Shown: positions 11,229 to 21,878, counted from the first letter of the stretch. The stretch: 64,000 nucleotides of DNA from Vicinamibacteria bacterium (GCA_963668695.2 CAXXLQ010000004.1:3232001-3296000), one strand, 5' to 3'. Translations and numbers: made by a program. The notes: generated by a model not told the origin, from the letters alone.

Positions 11229-11666
11229 GTGTCCTGCGCCTGGCTCCTCGACGCGAACATCGTCTCGGAACTCATGAGGCCGACGCCGAGTCCCACCGTC
11301 CTCGGTTTTCTGAATCGGATCGGCCCTGATGGGCTCGGACTTGCTTCCGTCACCGCCTGGGAAATCCTGAACGGTCTTGGAATGATGTCCGCCGGTAAAC
11401 GCCGCTCCGAACTGACGGAGCGATTTCATGGATTCTGCGAACGCCTGTTTCGGGATCGCATCGTGGACTGGACGCTCGAGGACGCCCGGATCTGCGCCCG
11501 GATCATGGAGGAAAGGCGCCGAGGCGGTGAATCGCTCGACGGGCAACTCGCCGACGCTTTCTTGGCGGCCGCTGCGGTCCGGCGGAACCTGACGATCGTC
11601 ACCCGGAACACCCGTGACTTCCGGAACACCGGCGCCCGCACGGTCAACCCCTGGGCTGTCGGCTGA
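11229..11666 (+). CDS. vapC: VapC/FitB PIN-domain toxin
   Basis: LLDANIVSELMRP, DAFLAAAA, IVTRNTRDF, VNPW. Confidence 0.9.
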   Translation: MSCAWLLDANIVSELMRPTPSPTVLGFLNRIGPDGLGLASVTAWEILNGLGMMSAGKRRSELTERFHGFCERLFRDRIVDWTLEDARICARIMEERRRGGESLDGQLADAFLAAAAVRRNLTIVTRNTRDFRNTGARTVNPWAVG

Positions 11667-11681
11667 CCCGGAGGTCGCGGC

Positions 11682-13571
11682 TCAGCGGCAGACGCCGAGG
11701 TGGCGCGCGAAGAACTCCTCGACGCGCTGGTAGAGGGCGATCCGGTTGTCGGGGTCGCGGAAGCCGTGGCCCTCGGGATAGGTGTGCGCCTCGTACTCGA
11801 TGCCGTGTTCTTCGAACGCCGCCACCGCGAGTTCGAAGTTCAGGAAGGGCGCCCGGACATCGCGGTCGCCGTGCTGGATGAGGACCGGCGCAGTGATGTT
11901 TCCGATGCGGGCCAGGGTCTCCGTCTTGTCATAGATCTCGGGCCGCTCGTCGGGGAGTCCGCCGTGGCCGTCCACGGTGAACACCCTGCCGAGCCGGTCC
12001 TGGTGCTCGAAGGTCTGCCGCTGGGAGTAGATCCCCGCCATCGGCGCCGCGGCGTCGAACTTGTCCGGCGTGCGGGTGATGGCCGCCATGCTCTGCATGC
12101 CCCCGTAGCTGTAGCCGTAGATGCCGACCCTGCCGCTCACGTAGGGCTCTGCCCGCAGCCAGTCGGCCGCCGCTCCGGGATCGAGGGCCTGTCCGTTCAG
12201 CCAGTCCTCGTCGCCGAGGTCCTGGAACTCCCGCCCGAAGCCGGAGCCGCCCCGGTAGTTCACCGCGAGCACCACGAAGCCCCGCGAGGCGAGGTACTGC
12301 TCGGTCAGGTTGGGACCCGCGAGGTAGGAATTCGTGCCGCCGCCGTGCACCTGGACGAGCGCCGGGCAGACGGCGCCCTCTTCCACCGCCTCCGGGAGGT
12401 AGAGGAAGCCCTGGATGTAGTGGCCGTCAAAGCTCCGGTAGGAAACCTCGCGCGGGGCCCGCACTCCTTCCCACACCGGGGACAGCCGGGTCCGCCGCTC
12501 CGCCGGGCCTCCCGCCGCCGAGACCGTGTAGAGCTCGGCGCCTTCGTTGGAGGAAGAGCGCACGAAGGCGAACCCCTCCGCCCCCGCGCTCGCCGAGAGG
12601 CTCGAGAACACCCCGCCGAGGTTCGTCACCCGGGTGGCGGCGCCCCCGGCGGCTGGCACGGACCAGAGGTAGTGCTCGCCGCGTTCCTGGTGCGCGAAGA
12701 AGAGCCGCGAGCCGTCCCCGGACCAGAACGGCCGGAAGCGGTAGGCGGTCGCGAAGGACGACATCGGGACGGGTTCTTCGGGCCCGCCCGCCGGGTCGAG
12801 GAGGTAGAGATCGGCGATGTCCAGGTACCAGTACTGCTCCTTCTTCACCGCCAGCACCGCGATGTGGCTCCCGTCGGGGGACCACGCCGGGGCCGTGGAG
12901 ATGGCGCGCAGGGAATCCGTCAACTGGCGCTCGGTTCCGGTCGCCACGTCCGCCAGCCAGACGTCGTCGGACCAGGTGTCCGCCTTATTCGCCACGTAGG
13001 CAACGGTCTCCCCGTCCGGCGACCACGACACCCCGAAACGCACCTCGTCGGCGGTCATCGCGCCGGAGGTGAGTTGACGGGGCTCGCCGCCCGCCGCTGG
13101 CACCAGCCAGACGTCCTGGCTGCCGCTCGCGCTCGCCAGGACCGCGACGGTGGCTCCCTCGGGAGACCAGGCAGGGGCGCGGACTCCCTCGAGCCCGTCG
13201 GTCAGCGGGGCGGCATCCGGATCTCCGACCGGAGCGGCGAAGAGGTTTCCGTCCCGCAGGAAGGCGACCCGCCCGCCGTCCGGCGACCAGGCCGGCGAGC
13301 TTCCGGTGAGCCAGAAACGCAGCACCGGCGGCTTCTCGGTGAGGTCCAGGAGGTGGATCCCGCGGCCGTCAGCGCTTTCGGCGACCGCCGCGACCCAGCG
13401 CCCGTCGGGGGAGATGGCTGCCTGAAAGACGCCGCCGCGGGCGTCGCGGAAGATGTTCTCGAGGGTGAGGGGGACGGCGCCCGACTCGACCGGATCCGAG
13501 GGGCTGCCGCAGGCGACGAGGGCGAGCACCGCAAGTCCGCAGCATGTCGCAAAGGCCCGCGCCGACAACAT
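11682..13571 (-). CDS. S9-family prolyl oligopeptidase / acylaminoacyl peptidase, probable lipoprotein
   Basis: PD40-like AWSPDG propeller repeats, VHGGG, NYRGGSGFG, GYSYGG nucleophile motif, QHGDRD, EGHGF; lipobox LVAC; start chosen at ATG 13571. Confidence 0.9.
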   Translation of the reverse strand: MLSARAFATCCGLAVLALVACGSPSDPVESGAVPLTLENIFRDARGGVFQAAISPDGRWVAAVAESADGRGIHLLDLTEKPPVLRFWLTGSSPAWSPDGGRVAFLRDGNLFAAPVGDPDAAPLTDGLEGVRAPAWSPEGATVAVLASASGSQDVWLVPAAGGEPRQLTSGAMTADEVRFGVSWSPDGETVAYVANKADTWSDDVWLADVATGTERQLTDSLRAISTAPAWSPDGSHIAVLAVKKEQYWYLDIADLYLLDPAGGPEEPVPMSSFATAYRFRPFWSGDGSRLFFAHQERGEHYLWSVPAAGGAATRVTNLGGVFSSLSASAGAEGFAFVRSSSNEGAELYTVSAAGGPAERRTRLSPVWEGVRAPREVSYRSFDGHYIQGFLYLPEAVEEGAVCPALVQVHGGGTNSYLAGPNLTEQYLASRGFVVLAVNYRGGSGFGREFQDLGDEDWLNGQALDPGAAADWLRAEPYVSGRVGIYGYSYGGMQSMAAITRTPDKFDAAAPMAGIYSQRQTFEHQDRLGRVFTVDGHGGLPDERPEIYDKTETLARIGNITAPVLIQHGDRDVRAPFLNFELAVAAFEEHGIEYEAHTYPEGHGFRDPDNRIALYQRVEEFFARHLGVCR

Positions 13572-13668
13572 GAATGCGCTTCGGCAAAGCGGCAGGTGGG
13601 TTGGTCTCGAGGGTGGTTCCGGCATCATGATTATGGTGACACTGCTTTCCGCTGACTGGAAGCGGCCG

Positions 13669-13896
13669 ATGCCTGCGAACCGCCAGAAGTTCTCCACCCG
13701 GGTCAATAGCGAAACCCTTGCCCAGGTTCGCAAAATCGCGGCGGAAGAGGATCGTCAGCACCAGGCAGTGGTCGACGAAGCGCTGGCTGACCTCGTGGAG
13801 AAGCGAAGGCAGGTCCGTCCCCGGCCGCACGTCGTTGCGGCCTGTCGGGGGAGTCTCGACAAATACGACGAGCTGTACCAGAAGCTCGCGAAATGA
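13669..13896 (+). CDS. Orphan RHH-type antitoxin, paralogue of 19719..19946
   Basis: RQKFSTRVNSETLAQVRKIAAEE...YDELYQKLAK, closely similar to the doc-associated antitoxin. Confidence 0.75.
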   Translation: MPANRQKFSTRVNSETLAQVRKIAAEEDRQHQAVVDEALADLVEKRRQVRPRPHVVAACRGSLDKYDELYQKLAK

Positions 13897-13964
13897 GGGA
13901 CTAACCTCACCCCGGCGGCCCCCACCATCGCCGTCTCAACCTCGCCCGATCGAAGGAGGCCGAC

Positions 13965-15215
13965 ATGCGTAGCGGCATTGTTCTGCTGGCGGCTTGGCTC
14001 CTGGCCCCCGCCCCGGAGGCGTGGGCCGGGCAGGCCGGCCCCGAGGCGGAACCCATCACGCTGGCCCGGGTGCTCGCGGCCGGACGTGCCGAGTCGCCGG
14101 CGATCGCCGCGGCGCGGTCCCGCGAGGATGCGGCTGCCGCTGCGGCCGGCGCGGCCGGGCGTTGGCCCAATCCCGCAATCGAATTGCGGAGCGAGAACTG
14201 GGGCGCCGGCGTGCCCGGAGGCCTGCGGAAGGACAGCTTCGCCACCCTCACCCAGACGCTGGAACTCGGCGGCAAGCGGGGCGCCCGGCGGGGGATCGCC
14301 GAGGCCGAGGCGGAGGACGCCCGCGCCGCGACCTTCGCGACAACGCAGACGATCGAACGCGAGATCGCCGCGCGCTACCTCGACGCCGTCCGCCTGCGGG
14401 ATCGGACGGGCATCCTGACGGCCCAGCGCGACGCCCTCGACGAACTGGTCCGCATCCTCGAACGCCGCGTGGCCGAAGGTCTGGCGCCCGACGCCGAGCG
14501 CGCCCGCCTCGCGGCCGAACGGACCACCGTCGCCATCGCGGCGACCCGAGCCGAAGTGGCGGCCGACCGGGCTTTCCTGGAACTCCGGGCGCTCGCCGCC
14601 CTTCCGGGCGGGATAACGGCGGAGGCCCTCGTCCGGCCCGAGCCGATCCCGGTGCCCACGGGAGATCCGGAGGCGCTCGCCAACGGCGCCGCGGCCGCGC
14701 GCCCCGATGTCCGCGCGGCAGCCGCACGGGTCGAGACCGCACAACGGGAGCTCCGTCTGGAGAACTCCCTCCGGATTCCCGACCTGACGGTGAACACCGG
14801 CCTGAAGCGGACGCTCGAGACGAACACCGGCGTTTTCGCGCTGCGAGTGAGCCTGCCGCTGTTCGACCGGCGCCAGGTGGCCACCACCCTGGCGCGCGGA
14901 GAGGTCCGGGCCGCCGAACTCGAACGGGATGCGGTCACCCGGCTTGCCGCCGCGGACGCCATCGCCGCGCTCCTGACCGCGCACCGGCTGGCCGAGGCTG
15001 CCGCCGGCGCGGCCTCGCAACTGGTTGAGCCGGCGACGATCGCGCGCACCGCGATGCGGTCGGCGTTCAACCTCGGCGCGGCGGACCTCCTCCTCGTCGT
15101 GGACAGGGAGCGCGCCTACGCCGACGCCCGCCTGCTCGAGAACGACATCCAGATCGAAGCCGTCGCCGCCGCCATCGCGGCGCGGCTCGCCCTGGGGGAG
15201 GCGCCCCTGCCATGA
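13965..15215 (+). CDS. TolC-family outer membrane efflux protein (CzcC-like)
   Basis: Signal peptide, WPNPAIE, QTLELGGKRGAR, SLPLFDRRQ; first gene of an RND operon. Confidence 0.85.
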   Translation: MRSGIVLLAAWLLAPAPEAWAGQAGPEAEPITLARVLAAGRAESPAIAAARSREDAAAAAAGAAGRWPNPAIELRSENWGAGVPGGLRKDSFATLTQTLELGGKRGARRGIAEAEAEDARAATFATTQTIEREIAARYLDAVRLRDRTGILTAQRDALDELVRILERRVAEGLAPDAERARLAAERTTVAIAATRAEVAADRAFLELRALAALPGGITAEALVRPEPIPVPTGDPEALANGAAAARPDVRAAAARVETAQRELRLENSLRIPDLTVNTGLKRTLETNTGVFALRVSLPLFDRRQVATTLARGEVRAAELERDAVTRLAAADAIAALLTAHRLAEAAAGAASQLVEPATIARTAMRSAFNLGAADLLLVVDRERAYADARLLENDIQIEAVAAAIAARLALGEAPLP

Positions 15216-16396
15216 CTCGTGCCGCCGTCCTTGCGCTGATCCTGCTCGGCGGCCTCGCCTGCCGGAATCGGCCCGAAGACGCTGCTCCGTCCGCCGCCAC
15301 CGCGGATCCCTCGACCGGGATCGTCACGATGACCGAAGCGGGCCGCGCGGCCGCCGGCATCACCACCGCCGCGGTGCGGGAAGTGACCCGGGCCGAGGCG
15401 CTCGAAGCGGTCGGGGTGGTGAGCCTCGACGAGCGGCGCACCGCGCGTCTCGGCGCCATCGTGGACGGCGTCGTCGCCGAGGTCCCGGTGCAGCCGGGAG
15501 ACCGGGTGGAGGCCGGAGCGGTCCTTGTGCTCATCCTCAGCCACGCGGTGCACGATGTCTGGGCCGAGTACTTCATGGCCGGAGCCCGCCAGCAGCACGC
15601 CGAGGCCGAAGTGAACTACGCGCGGACGGCGGCGGCGCGCGCCGAACGCCTGGTGGCCGACAAGGCGCTCGCGGCGCAGGAGCTGGAACGGGTCCGGGCC
15701 GACCTGAGCGCGGCCGAGGAGGAATTGGCTTCTGCCCGGGCCGATGTCCGGCGGACCGAGCAGGATCTTCGGCACTACGGCCTGACCCCCAGCCCGGACG
15801 CCGATCCGAACGAGAACGAGCACGTACCGATCCGCGCGCCGTTCGCCGGCGCGGTCATCGAGCGGCAGACTTCGCCGGGAGCGGCGGTCACCCTCGGTGA
15901 ACCGCTGGTGGTCGTTTCGGATCTGTCACGCGTCTGGATCACCGCCGAGGTCGGCGAGACCGACCTGCACCGCCTGTCGGTCCCCGAGCCCGTCGAGTTC
16001 CGGGTGACGGCCTGGCCCGACGAGGTCTTCTCCGCCACGCTCACCACCATCGGCGACGTCATCAATCCGGCTACCCGCCGGATCATGATCCGCGCCGAGG
16101 CGGACAACGCGGACGGCCGCCTCAAACCCGAGATGTTCGCGACCCTGAGGGTCGCGTCGGAGGCGCCGCGCCGTTACCTCGTCGTTCCGGAGGCGGCGGT
16201 GCAAACGCTCCAAGGCGAGACGGTCGTGTTCGTCGAGGCCGGTCCCGGCGAGTTCCGGCGCCGGGCAGTAACCCCCGGGGTCGTCTTCGACGGCGACATC
16301 GAGATCCGCGAGGGCCTCTCGGCGGGTGAAACGGTCGCTACCGGCGGCGCGTTCCTGCTCAAGTCGGCGCTGATCGGCCTCCCGGAAGAGGAATAG
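15212..16396 (+). CDS. RND efflux periplasmic adaptor (CzcB-like)
   Basis: Lipoyl-like VQPGDRVEAG, IRAPFAGAV, DLSRVWI, LKPEMFA. Confidence 0.9.
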   Translation: MTRAAVLALILLGGLACRNRPEDAAPSAATADPSTGIVTMTEAGRAAAGITTAAVREVTRAEALEAVGVVSLDERRTARLGAIVDGVVAEVPVQPGDRVEAGAVLVLILSHAVHDVWAEYFMAGARQQHAEAEVNYARTAAARAERLVADKALAAQELERVRADLSAAEEELASARADVRRTEQDLRHYGLTPSPDADPNENEHVPIRAPFAGAVIERQTSPGAAVTLGEPLVVVSDLSRVWITAEVGETDLHRLSVPEPVEFRVTAWPDEVFSATLTTIGDVINPATRRIMIRAEADNADGRLKPEMFATLRVASEAPRRYLVVPEAAVQTLQGETVVFVEAGPGEFRRRAVTPGVVFDGDIEIREGLSAGETVATGGAFLLKSALIGLPEEE

Positions 16397-16398
16397 CG

Positions 16399-19300
16399 TT
16401 GCCCCTCGTCGAGCGGTTTGTCGGCGCCGCCACCGGGCAGCGACCGCTGGTGCTGCTATTCGTCGTCGCGCTCGCGATCACCGGGGTCGCCGCGCTCTGG
16501 AACCTGCCGGTCGAGGCGTTTCCCGACCTCACCAACAACCAGGTCGTCGTCATCACCGAGGCGCCGAGCCTCGCGGCTCCCGAGGTCGAGCAACGGGTGT
16601 CCTACCCCATCGAGACGGCCCTCATGGGGGTGCCCGACGCGGAGGAAGTCCGGTCGGTCTCCAAGTTCGGGCTGTCGCTGGTCACCGTCGTCTTCGACGA
16701 CCGGGTGCCGATGTACCTCGCCCGGCAACTCGTGACCGAGCGGCTGACCGATGTCCGCGGGCGCATGCCTGCCGGGCTCGAACCCACCCTCGGTCCTCCC
16801 GCGACCGCCTTCGGCGAGATCTACCAGTACGTCGTCACCGGGGACGACCCGATGGCGAACAAGACGACGCACGACTGGGACGTGCGCAACCGGCTGCGGT
16901 CGGTGCCCGGTGTGAGCGAGATCAACTCGTGGGGCGGCCTGACCAAGCAGTTCCAGGTGGTCGTGCGGCCGGAAGCGCTCGAGGAGTACGACCTCAGCCT
17001 GCGCGAGGTCTTCCATGCCATCGGCGACAACAACCGGTCATTCAGCGGCGGGTTCATCGAGTACCGCGACGAGCGCTACACGGTGCGCGGCGTCGGCCTG
17101 CTCACCGGGGTTCGTGACCTCGAGCGGGTGGTGCTGCGGGCCGACGGCGGAGTCCCGGTGTTGCTCGCCGACGTCGGCGAGGTCGAGGTGTCGGCGATGC
17201 AGCGCAGCGGCGCCGTGACCCGAAACGGCGAGGGCGAGGTCACGAGCGGCATGGTGGTGATGCTGAAGGGCGAAAACGCCCTCGAAGTATCCGACCTGGT
17301 CAAGGCGCGGATCGATGAAATCCTGCCCGGCCTGCCGCCGGGGATGGGCATCGAGCCGTTCTACGACCAGAGCGAAGTCATCGACCGCACCTCCGCGACG
17401 GTTCGCCGGAACCTCATCGAGGGCTGCCTGCTGGTCATCCTGGTCCTGTTCATCTTCCTGCGCGACGTGCGGGCGGCGCTCATCGTCGCCGCGGTCATTC
17501 CGCTCTCCATGCTCGTCGGTTTCATGGGAATGCGGGTGTTCGGCATCTCGGCGAACCTGATGTCGCTCGGGGCCATCGACTTCGGCCTCATCGTGGACGG
17601 CGCGGTGGTGATGATGGAGAGTTTCGTGCGCCGCCGCGCCGCCGGCGGGGCGGACGGACCAACCCGCGAGGGGCGCATCGCACTGATCCGCGCCGCGGCG
17701 ATGGAGGTCGCCCGTCCGGTCCTCTTCGGGGTGCTGATCATCATCGCGGTCTATCTGCCGATCCTCACCCTCGAAGGCCTCGAGGGAAAGATGTTCCGGC
17801 CGATGGCCATCACGGTCTGCTCGGCGCTCTTCGGGTCGCTCCTCCTCTCGCTCACCGGGGTGCCGGTCGTCTCCTCCTTCCTGCTGAAGTTCGGCGGGGT
17901 CCACCGGGAGGCGTCGTGGTTCGTTCGCCTCCGCGAGCGGTACCTGTCGGTGCTGCGGGTCGCCATGGCCCGGAAGGCCGCGACGATCGGCGTCGCGACG
18001 GTCATCATCCTGACCGCCGTGGGGTCCATTCCCTTCCTCGGCACCGAGTTCATGCCGCGGCTCGACGAGGGGTCCATCCTCATCGAGACCCGGAAATTGC
18101 CGTCGGTGTCGCTCGAGGAGTCGGTCGAGATCTCGACGCGGGTCGAGCAGAAGCTGCTCGCCGAGTTCGCCGAGATCTCGGAGATCGTCACCAAGATGGG
18201 CCGGCCGGATCTCGCCACCGAGGCCATGGGCATCTACCAGGGGGACGCCTACGTGCGGCTCCACCCCGAGGACGAGTGGGAGAGCGGGCGCTCCAAGGAG
18301 GAACTCATCGACGCCATGGCGGCATCGCTCTCGGAGATTCCCGGCCTGTCGGTGAACTTCACCCAGCCGATGGCGATGCGGCTCGACGAGGTCGTTTCCG
18401 GCATCAAGGCGGACGTGGCGGTGAAGATCTTCGGGCCGGACGCCGCCGTGCTCGAGCGCCTGGGCGTCGAGGTGCTCCGGGTCATCGAGGAGGTGCCGGG
18501 GGCCGCCGACGCCCAGGTGGAGGTGCTCTCGGGAGCGGCGCAGCTCGAGGTCCGGATCGATCGGGACGCCCTCGCCCGCTACGGGCTGCACGTGGGTGAT
18601 GTGCAGGAGCTGGTGGAGACGGCGGTCGCCGGCCGTCAGGCCACCGAACTGCTCGAGGGCGCCCGCCGCTTTCCGGTGGTGCTGCGCTTCCCGCCCGAAA
18701 GCCGCACCGACGCGGCCGCGCTGGCGTCGCTTCCCATCGTCGGCCCGGGCGGCGAGCGGGTTCCGCTGGGCCGGGTCGCGGAGATCGTCGCCACGCCGAC
18801 GGCGGAAGCCATCAACCACGAGAACGGAGAGCGCCGGCTGGTGGTGCAGAACAACGTGCGGGGGCGCGACATCGGCAGCTTCGTTTCGGAGGCGCAGCGC
18901 CGGATCGGGGAGCGGGTGACGCTGCCGTCGGGGTACTACCTGACCTGGGGCGGGCAGTTCGAGAACCAGCAGCGGGCGATGTCCCGGCTCGGACTGGTAG
19001 TGCCGCTGTCCATCGCGATCATCTTCGGGCTGCTGTACGTCACTTTCCGGCGGGTGCGCTGGGCCTTGCTGATCCTGATGAACGTCCCGTTCGCCGCGGT
19101 GGGCGGGATCGCAGCGCTCTGGATCCGCGGCCTCACGCTCAACCTGTCGGCCTCGGTCGGCCTGATTGCGCTCTTCGGGATCGCGGTCCTGAACGGCATC
19201 GTGATGTTGGCGGCGATCCGGGCGCTCCGGGAGGACGAGGGACGAGGGCTCCGGGACGCCATCGTGGCTGGCGCCGGCTCCCGGCTGAAACCGGTGCTCA

Positions 19301-19506
19301 TGACCGCCACCGTGGCGTCCATCGGCTTCCTGCCGATGGCGCTCTCGCAGGGCGCCGGCGCCGAGGTTCAGCGCCCGCTGGCGACGGTGGTGATCGGGGG
19401 CATCGTCACCTCCACCCTGCTGACTCTCATCGTCCTGCCGACGCTCTACGAACGGATGGAGGAGTGGGTGGCGGCCCGAACCCGCCGGCCGGATTTCTCA
19501 TCCTGA
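16399..19506 (+). CDS. czcA: CusA/CzcA heavy-metal RND efflux pump
   Basis: LPVEAFPDL, NLMSLGAIDFGLIVDGAVVMME, EGKMFRPMA, GAEVQRPLATVVIGG. Confidence 0.9.
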   Translation: MPLVERFVGAATGQRPLVLLFVVALAITGVAALWNLPVEAFPDLTNNQVVVITEAPSLAAPEVEQRVSYPIETALMGVPDAEEVRSVSKFGLSLVTVVFDDRVPMYLARQLVTERLTDVRGRMPAGLEPTLGPPATAFGEIYQYVVTGDDPMANKTTHDWDVRNRLRSVPGVSEINSWGGLTKQFQVVVRPEALEEYDLSLREVFHAIGDNNRSFSGGFIEYRDERYTVRGVGLLTGVRDLERVVLRADGGVPVLLADVGEVEVSAMQRSGAVTRNGEGEVTSGMVVMLKGENALEVSDLVKARIDEILPGLPPGMGIEPFYDQSEVIDRTSATVRRNLIEGCLLVILVLFIFLRDVRAALIVAAVIPLSMLVGFMGMRVFGISANLMSLGAIDFGLIVDGAVVMMESFVRRRAAGGADGPTREGRIALIRAAAMEVARPVLFGVLIIIAVYLPILTLEGLEGKMFRPMAITVCSALFGSLLLSLTGVPVVSSFLLKFGGVHREASWFVRLRERYLSVLRVAMARKAATIGVATVIILTAVGSIPFLGTEFMPRLDEGSILIETRKLPSVSLEESVEISTRVEQKLLAEFAEISEIVTKMGRPDLATEAMGIYQGDAYVRLHPEDEWESGRSKEELIDAMAASLSEIPGLSVNFTQPMAMRLDEVVSGIKADVAVKIFGPDAAVLERLGVEVLRVIEEVPGAADAQVEVLSGAAQLEVRIDRDALARYGLHVGDVQELVETAVAGRQATELLEGARRFPVVLRFPPESRTDAAALASLPIVGPGGERVPLGRVAEIVATPTAEAINHENGERRLVVQNNVRGRDIGSFVSEAQRRIGERVTLPSGYYLTWGGQFENQQRAMSRLGLVVPLSIAIIFGLLYVTFRRVRWALLILMNVPFAAVGGIAALWIRGLTLNLSASVGLIALFGIAVLNGIVMLAAIRALREDEGRGLRDAIVAGAGSRLKPVLMTATVASIGFLPMALSQGAGAEVQRPLATVVIGGIVTSTLLTLIVLPTLYERMEEWVAARTRRPDFSS

Positions 19507-19673
19507 CGGTCGCCGGAATGGTTCCCCCGGCCGCAAGCTGGTGACCATCCGAACCGTTCTTCGCGAAGCTCACACTCCGGCACGATGCGAGGATGGCAAC
19601 GGGGGGCGGTTCCGGCCGGGCGAACCTGCGCTGGCGCGGTTGGGGACGACCGCGTTTCCAGATTTCTTGACGG

Positions 19674-19691
19674 ATCATGATTTATCATGAT
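19674..19691. promoter_or_regulatory. Putative TA operator ATCATGAT-TT-ATCATGAT
   Basis: Two palindromic octamers ~28 bp upstream of the antitoxin ATG; degenerate copy at ~13624 before the paralogue. Confidence 0.55.
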
Positions 19692-19718
19692 ATTCCTGTT
19701 CGTTCCAGGAACCGCCCC

Positions 19719-19946
19719 ATGCCTCCGACCCGCGAAAAGTTCGCCACCCAGGTGAACACCGAGACCCTGGCCCAGGTTCGCGAGATCGCGGCGAAAGAGG
19801 GTCGTCAACTCCAGGCGCTGGTGGACGAAGCGCTGGCCGACCTGGTGGAGAAGCGAAAGCAGGCTCGTCCGCGACGGCACGTCATGGGCGCCTATCTGGG
19901 CAGTCTGGACAAGCACGACGAGCTCTACAAGAAACTCGCGAAGTGA
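19719..19946 (+). CDS. RHH-type antitoxin of the Doc module
   Basis: REKFATQVNTETLAQVREIAAKEGRQLQALVDEALADL; stop overlaps toxin start (GTGA). Confidence 0.8.
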   Translation: MPPTREKFATQVNTETLAQVREIAAKEGRQLQALVDEALADLVEKRKQARPRRHVMGAYLGSLDKHDELYKKLAK

Positions 19947-20323
19947 GGGACTACCTCACCCTGGCCGAGGTTCTCGCCATCCTCGCCGACCAGGTCGAGC
20001 GCTACGGCGGCCTGCACGGCGTCCGGGATCCCGGTCTGCTGGAAGCGGCGCTCTATCGGCCTCAAACCGGTTACTACGCCGATCTCGTAGAAGAAGCCGC
20101 CGCCCTTTGGGAAAGCCTTTCCCAGAACCATCCGTTCCTCGATGGCAACAAGCGCACGGCGTTCGCCGCGATGTACACCTTTCTCGCAATCAACGGCGCG
20201 CACCTGGCGGCGAGCGCGGAGGATGTCTACAGCTTCGTCTCGGGGTTGTACGAAACGGGAACGTTCCGTTTCGACAATCTGGAGCCGTGGCTGCGGAGGA
20301 ATGTCAGCGAATCCCCGAAATGA
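19943..20323 (+). CDS. doc: Death-on-curing (Doc/Fic) toxin
   Basis: GVRDPGLLEAAL and Fic motif HPFLDGNKRT. Confidence 0.9.
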   Translation: MRDYLTLAEVLAILADQVERYGGLHGVRDPGLLEAALYRPQTGYYADLVEEAAALWESLSQNHPFLDGNKRTAFAAMYTFLAINGAHLAASAEDVYSFVSGLYETGTFRFDNLEPWLRRNVSESPK

Positions 20324-20723
20324 CTCGGCGGCGCCCGGGTTGGTTGCGCCGGGGTAGGCAGGCGCGCTGTCGGCTCGGTGACGACGAGCGCTATCGATAT
20401 CCCCGGTCCTCCTGTATCCGGCGGTCACAGTCGCGGCAGAGGAGTCTTGTTCGCGTCGGGGGAGCCGATTGGCTAGCGCCGTTCGCGGCCCTGCCGGGCC
20501 GCGGTGCCGGTCTGAAGACCGGCGTTCCCGGGCCGGCGCGCCATCCCGATGTTTGGCATTCCGGCGGGTTTGCTTTTCACTGCAACTGCCTGGAGGTCGG
20601 TGTTCCCGGGCCGGCGCGACCCGAGCCCATGGCGTCTCTTTCACCACAACTGCCCGGCGGTGCCGGCCCGGCTTCCGCGGCCGGTACCATTGGGCTTCCC
20701 CTTCGCGGGAGAGACCGCCTGCC

Positions 20724-21878
20724 ATGAAATGGAATCCCCTGCCCCCTCGCCTCGGAGGGGTGTTGTCCGCGCTGCTGATCGCCTTGCTGGCCGGGGCTGC
20801 CGCCGGTCAGACGAGCGCCGAGCGGAGCTACTTCGTCTACATCGCCGCCGAATCCGACGACACCGTGGATCTGGTCCGCTTCGGCCCGGACGGGGGTGAG
20901 CTCCTTCGCCGCATCCCGGTGGGCATCCTGCCGAACGAGATCGAAGGGCCCCACGGCGTGCGGGTGTCCCCCGACGGCCGGCACTGGTACGTCTCCATCG
21001 CCCACGGCATGCCCTACGGCAGCGTCCACAAGTTCGAGACCGGCACCGACCTCGAAGTCGCCGACACCACCGCCGGCCTCTTCCCCGCCACCATGGACAT
21101 CAGTCCGGCGACCGGCTTCCTCTTCGTCGTGAACTTCAACCTTCACGGGGACCACGTCCCTTCGAGCGTCTCGGTGATCGACACCGTTTCCATGACCGAG
21201 ATCGCGCAGATCGAACAGGGGGTGATGCCCCACGGATCGCGGCTCGGGACCGACGGAATGCTGGCCTACTCGGTCGCCATGATGAGCGCCGAGCTGTTCG
21301 AGATGGACACCATGACGTTCCGCCCCAGTCGGCGGCTGCGCCTGACCGGCGACAACGAGACCACGGTGGCGGTGATGGAGAACGATCCGCACGCGGGACA
21401 CGACATGAGTGCCGGGATGGAGGGCGGTATGAGCGCCGGCCCCGGCGCGAGCCCCACCTGGGTCCAGCCCGCCCCGGACGGCAAACACGCCTACGTGGCG
21501 CTCCAGGGACTGAACCAGGTGCTCGAGGTGGATCTGGAGGCCTGGGCGCCCAAGCGCCGCTTCCACACCCGGAAGGGCCCTTACAACATCGACGTCTCGG
21601 CGGACGGCAAGCACCTGGTGGTCACCGAGAAGACGAACCATTCCGTCGGCTTCTGGGATCTCGAGAGCGGAACCGAGCGGGCCTCGGTAGCGGCCTCCGC
21701 CCGCATCACCCACGGGGTGGTCATCACGCCCGACAGCCGCTTCGCCATCGTCACCGTGGAGGAAATCGGGGGTGAGCCCGGGCGGGTCGAGTTCTACAAC
21801 CTCGAGTCCCTGGAACGGGAGGCAGTCGTCGAAGTCGGAAAACAGGCCTCCGGCATCGCCTTTTGGAAGATGGAGTAG
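20724..21878 (+). CDS. Secreted YncE/YVTN-type beta-propeller protein
   Basis: Signal peptide; repeated PHG..SPDG blades; His/Met-rich insert HAGHDMSAGM. Confidence 0.75.
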   Translation: MKWNPLPPRLGGVLSALLIALLAGAAAGQTSAERSYFVYIAAESDDTVDLVRFGPDGGELLRRIPVGILPNEIEGPHGVRVSPDGRHWYVSIAHGMPYGSVHKFETGTDLEVADTTAGLFPATMDISPATGFLFVVNFNLHGDHVPSSVSVIDTVSMTEIAQIEQGVMPHGSRLGTDGMLAYSVAMMSAELFEMDTMTFRPSRRLRLTGDNETTVAVMENDPHAGHDMSAGMEGGMSAGPGASPTWVQPAPDGKHAYVALQGLNQVLEVDLEAWAPKRRFHTRKGPYNIDVSADGKHLVVTEKTNHSVGFWDLESGTERASVAASARITHGVVITPDSRFAIVTVEEIGGEPGRVEFYNLESLEREAVVEVGKQASGIAFWKME

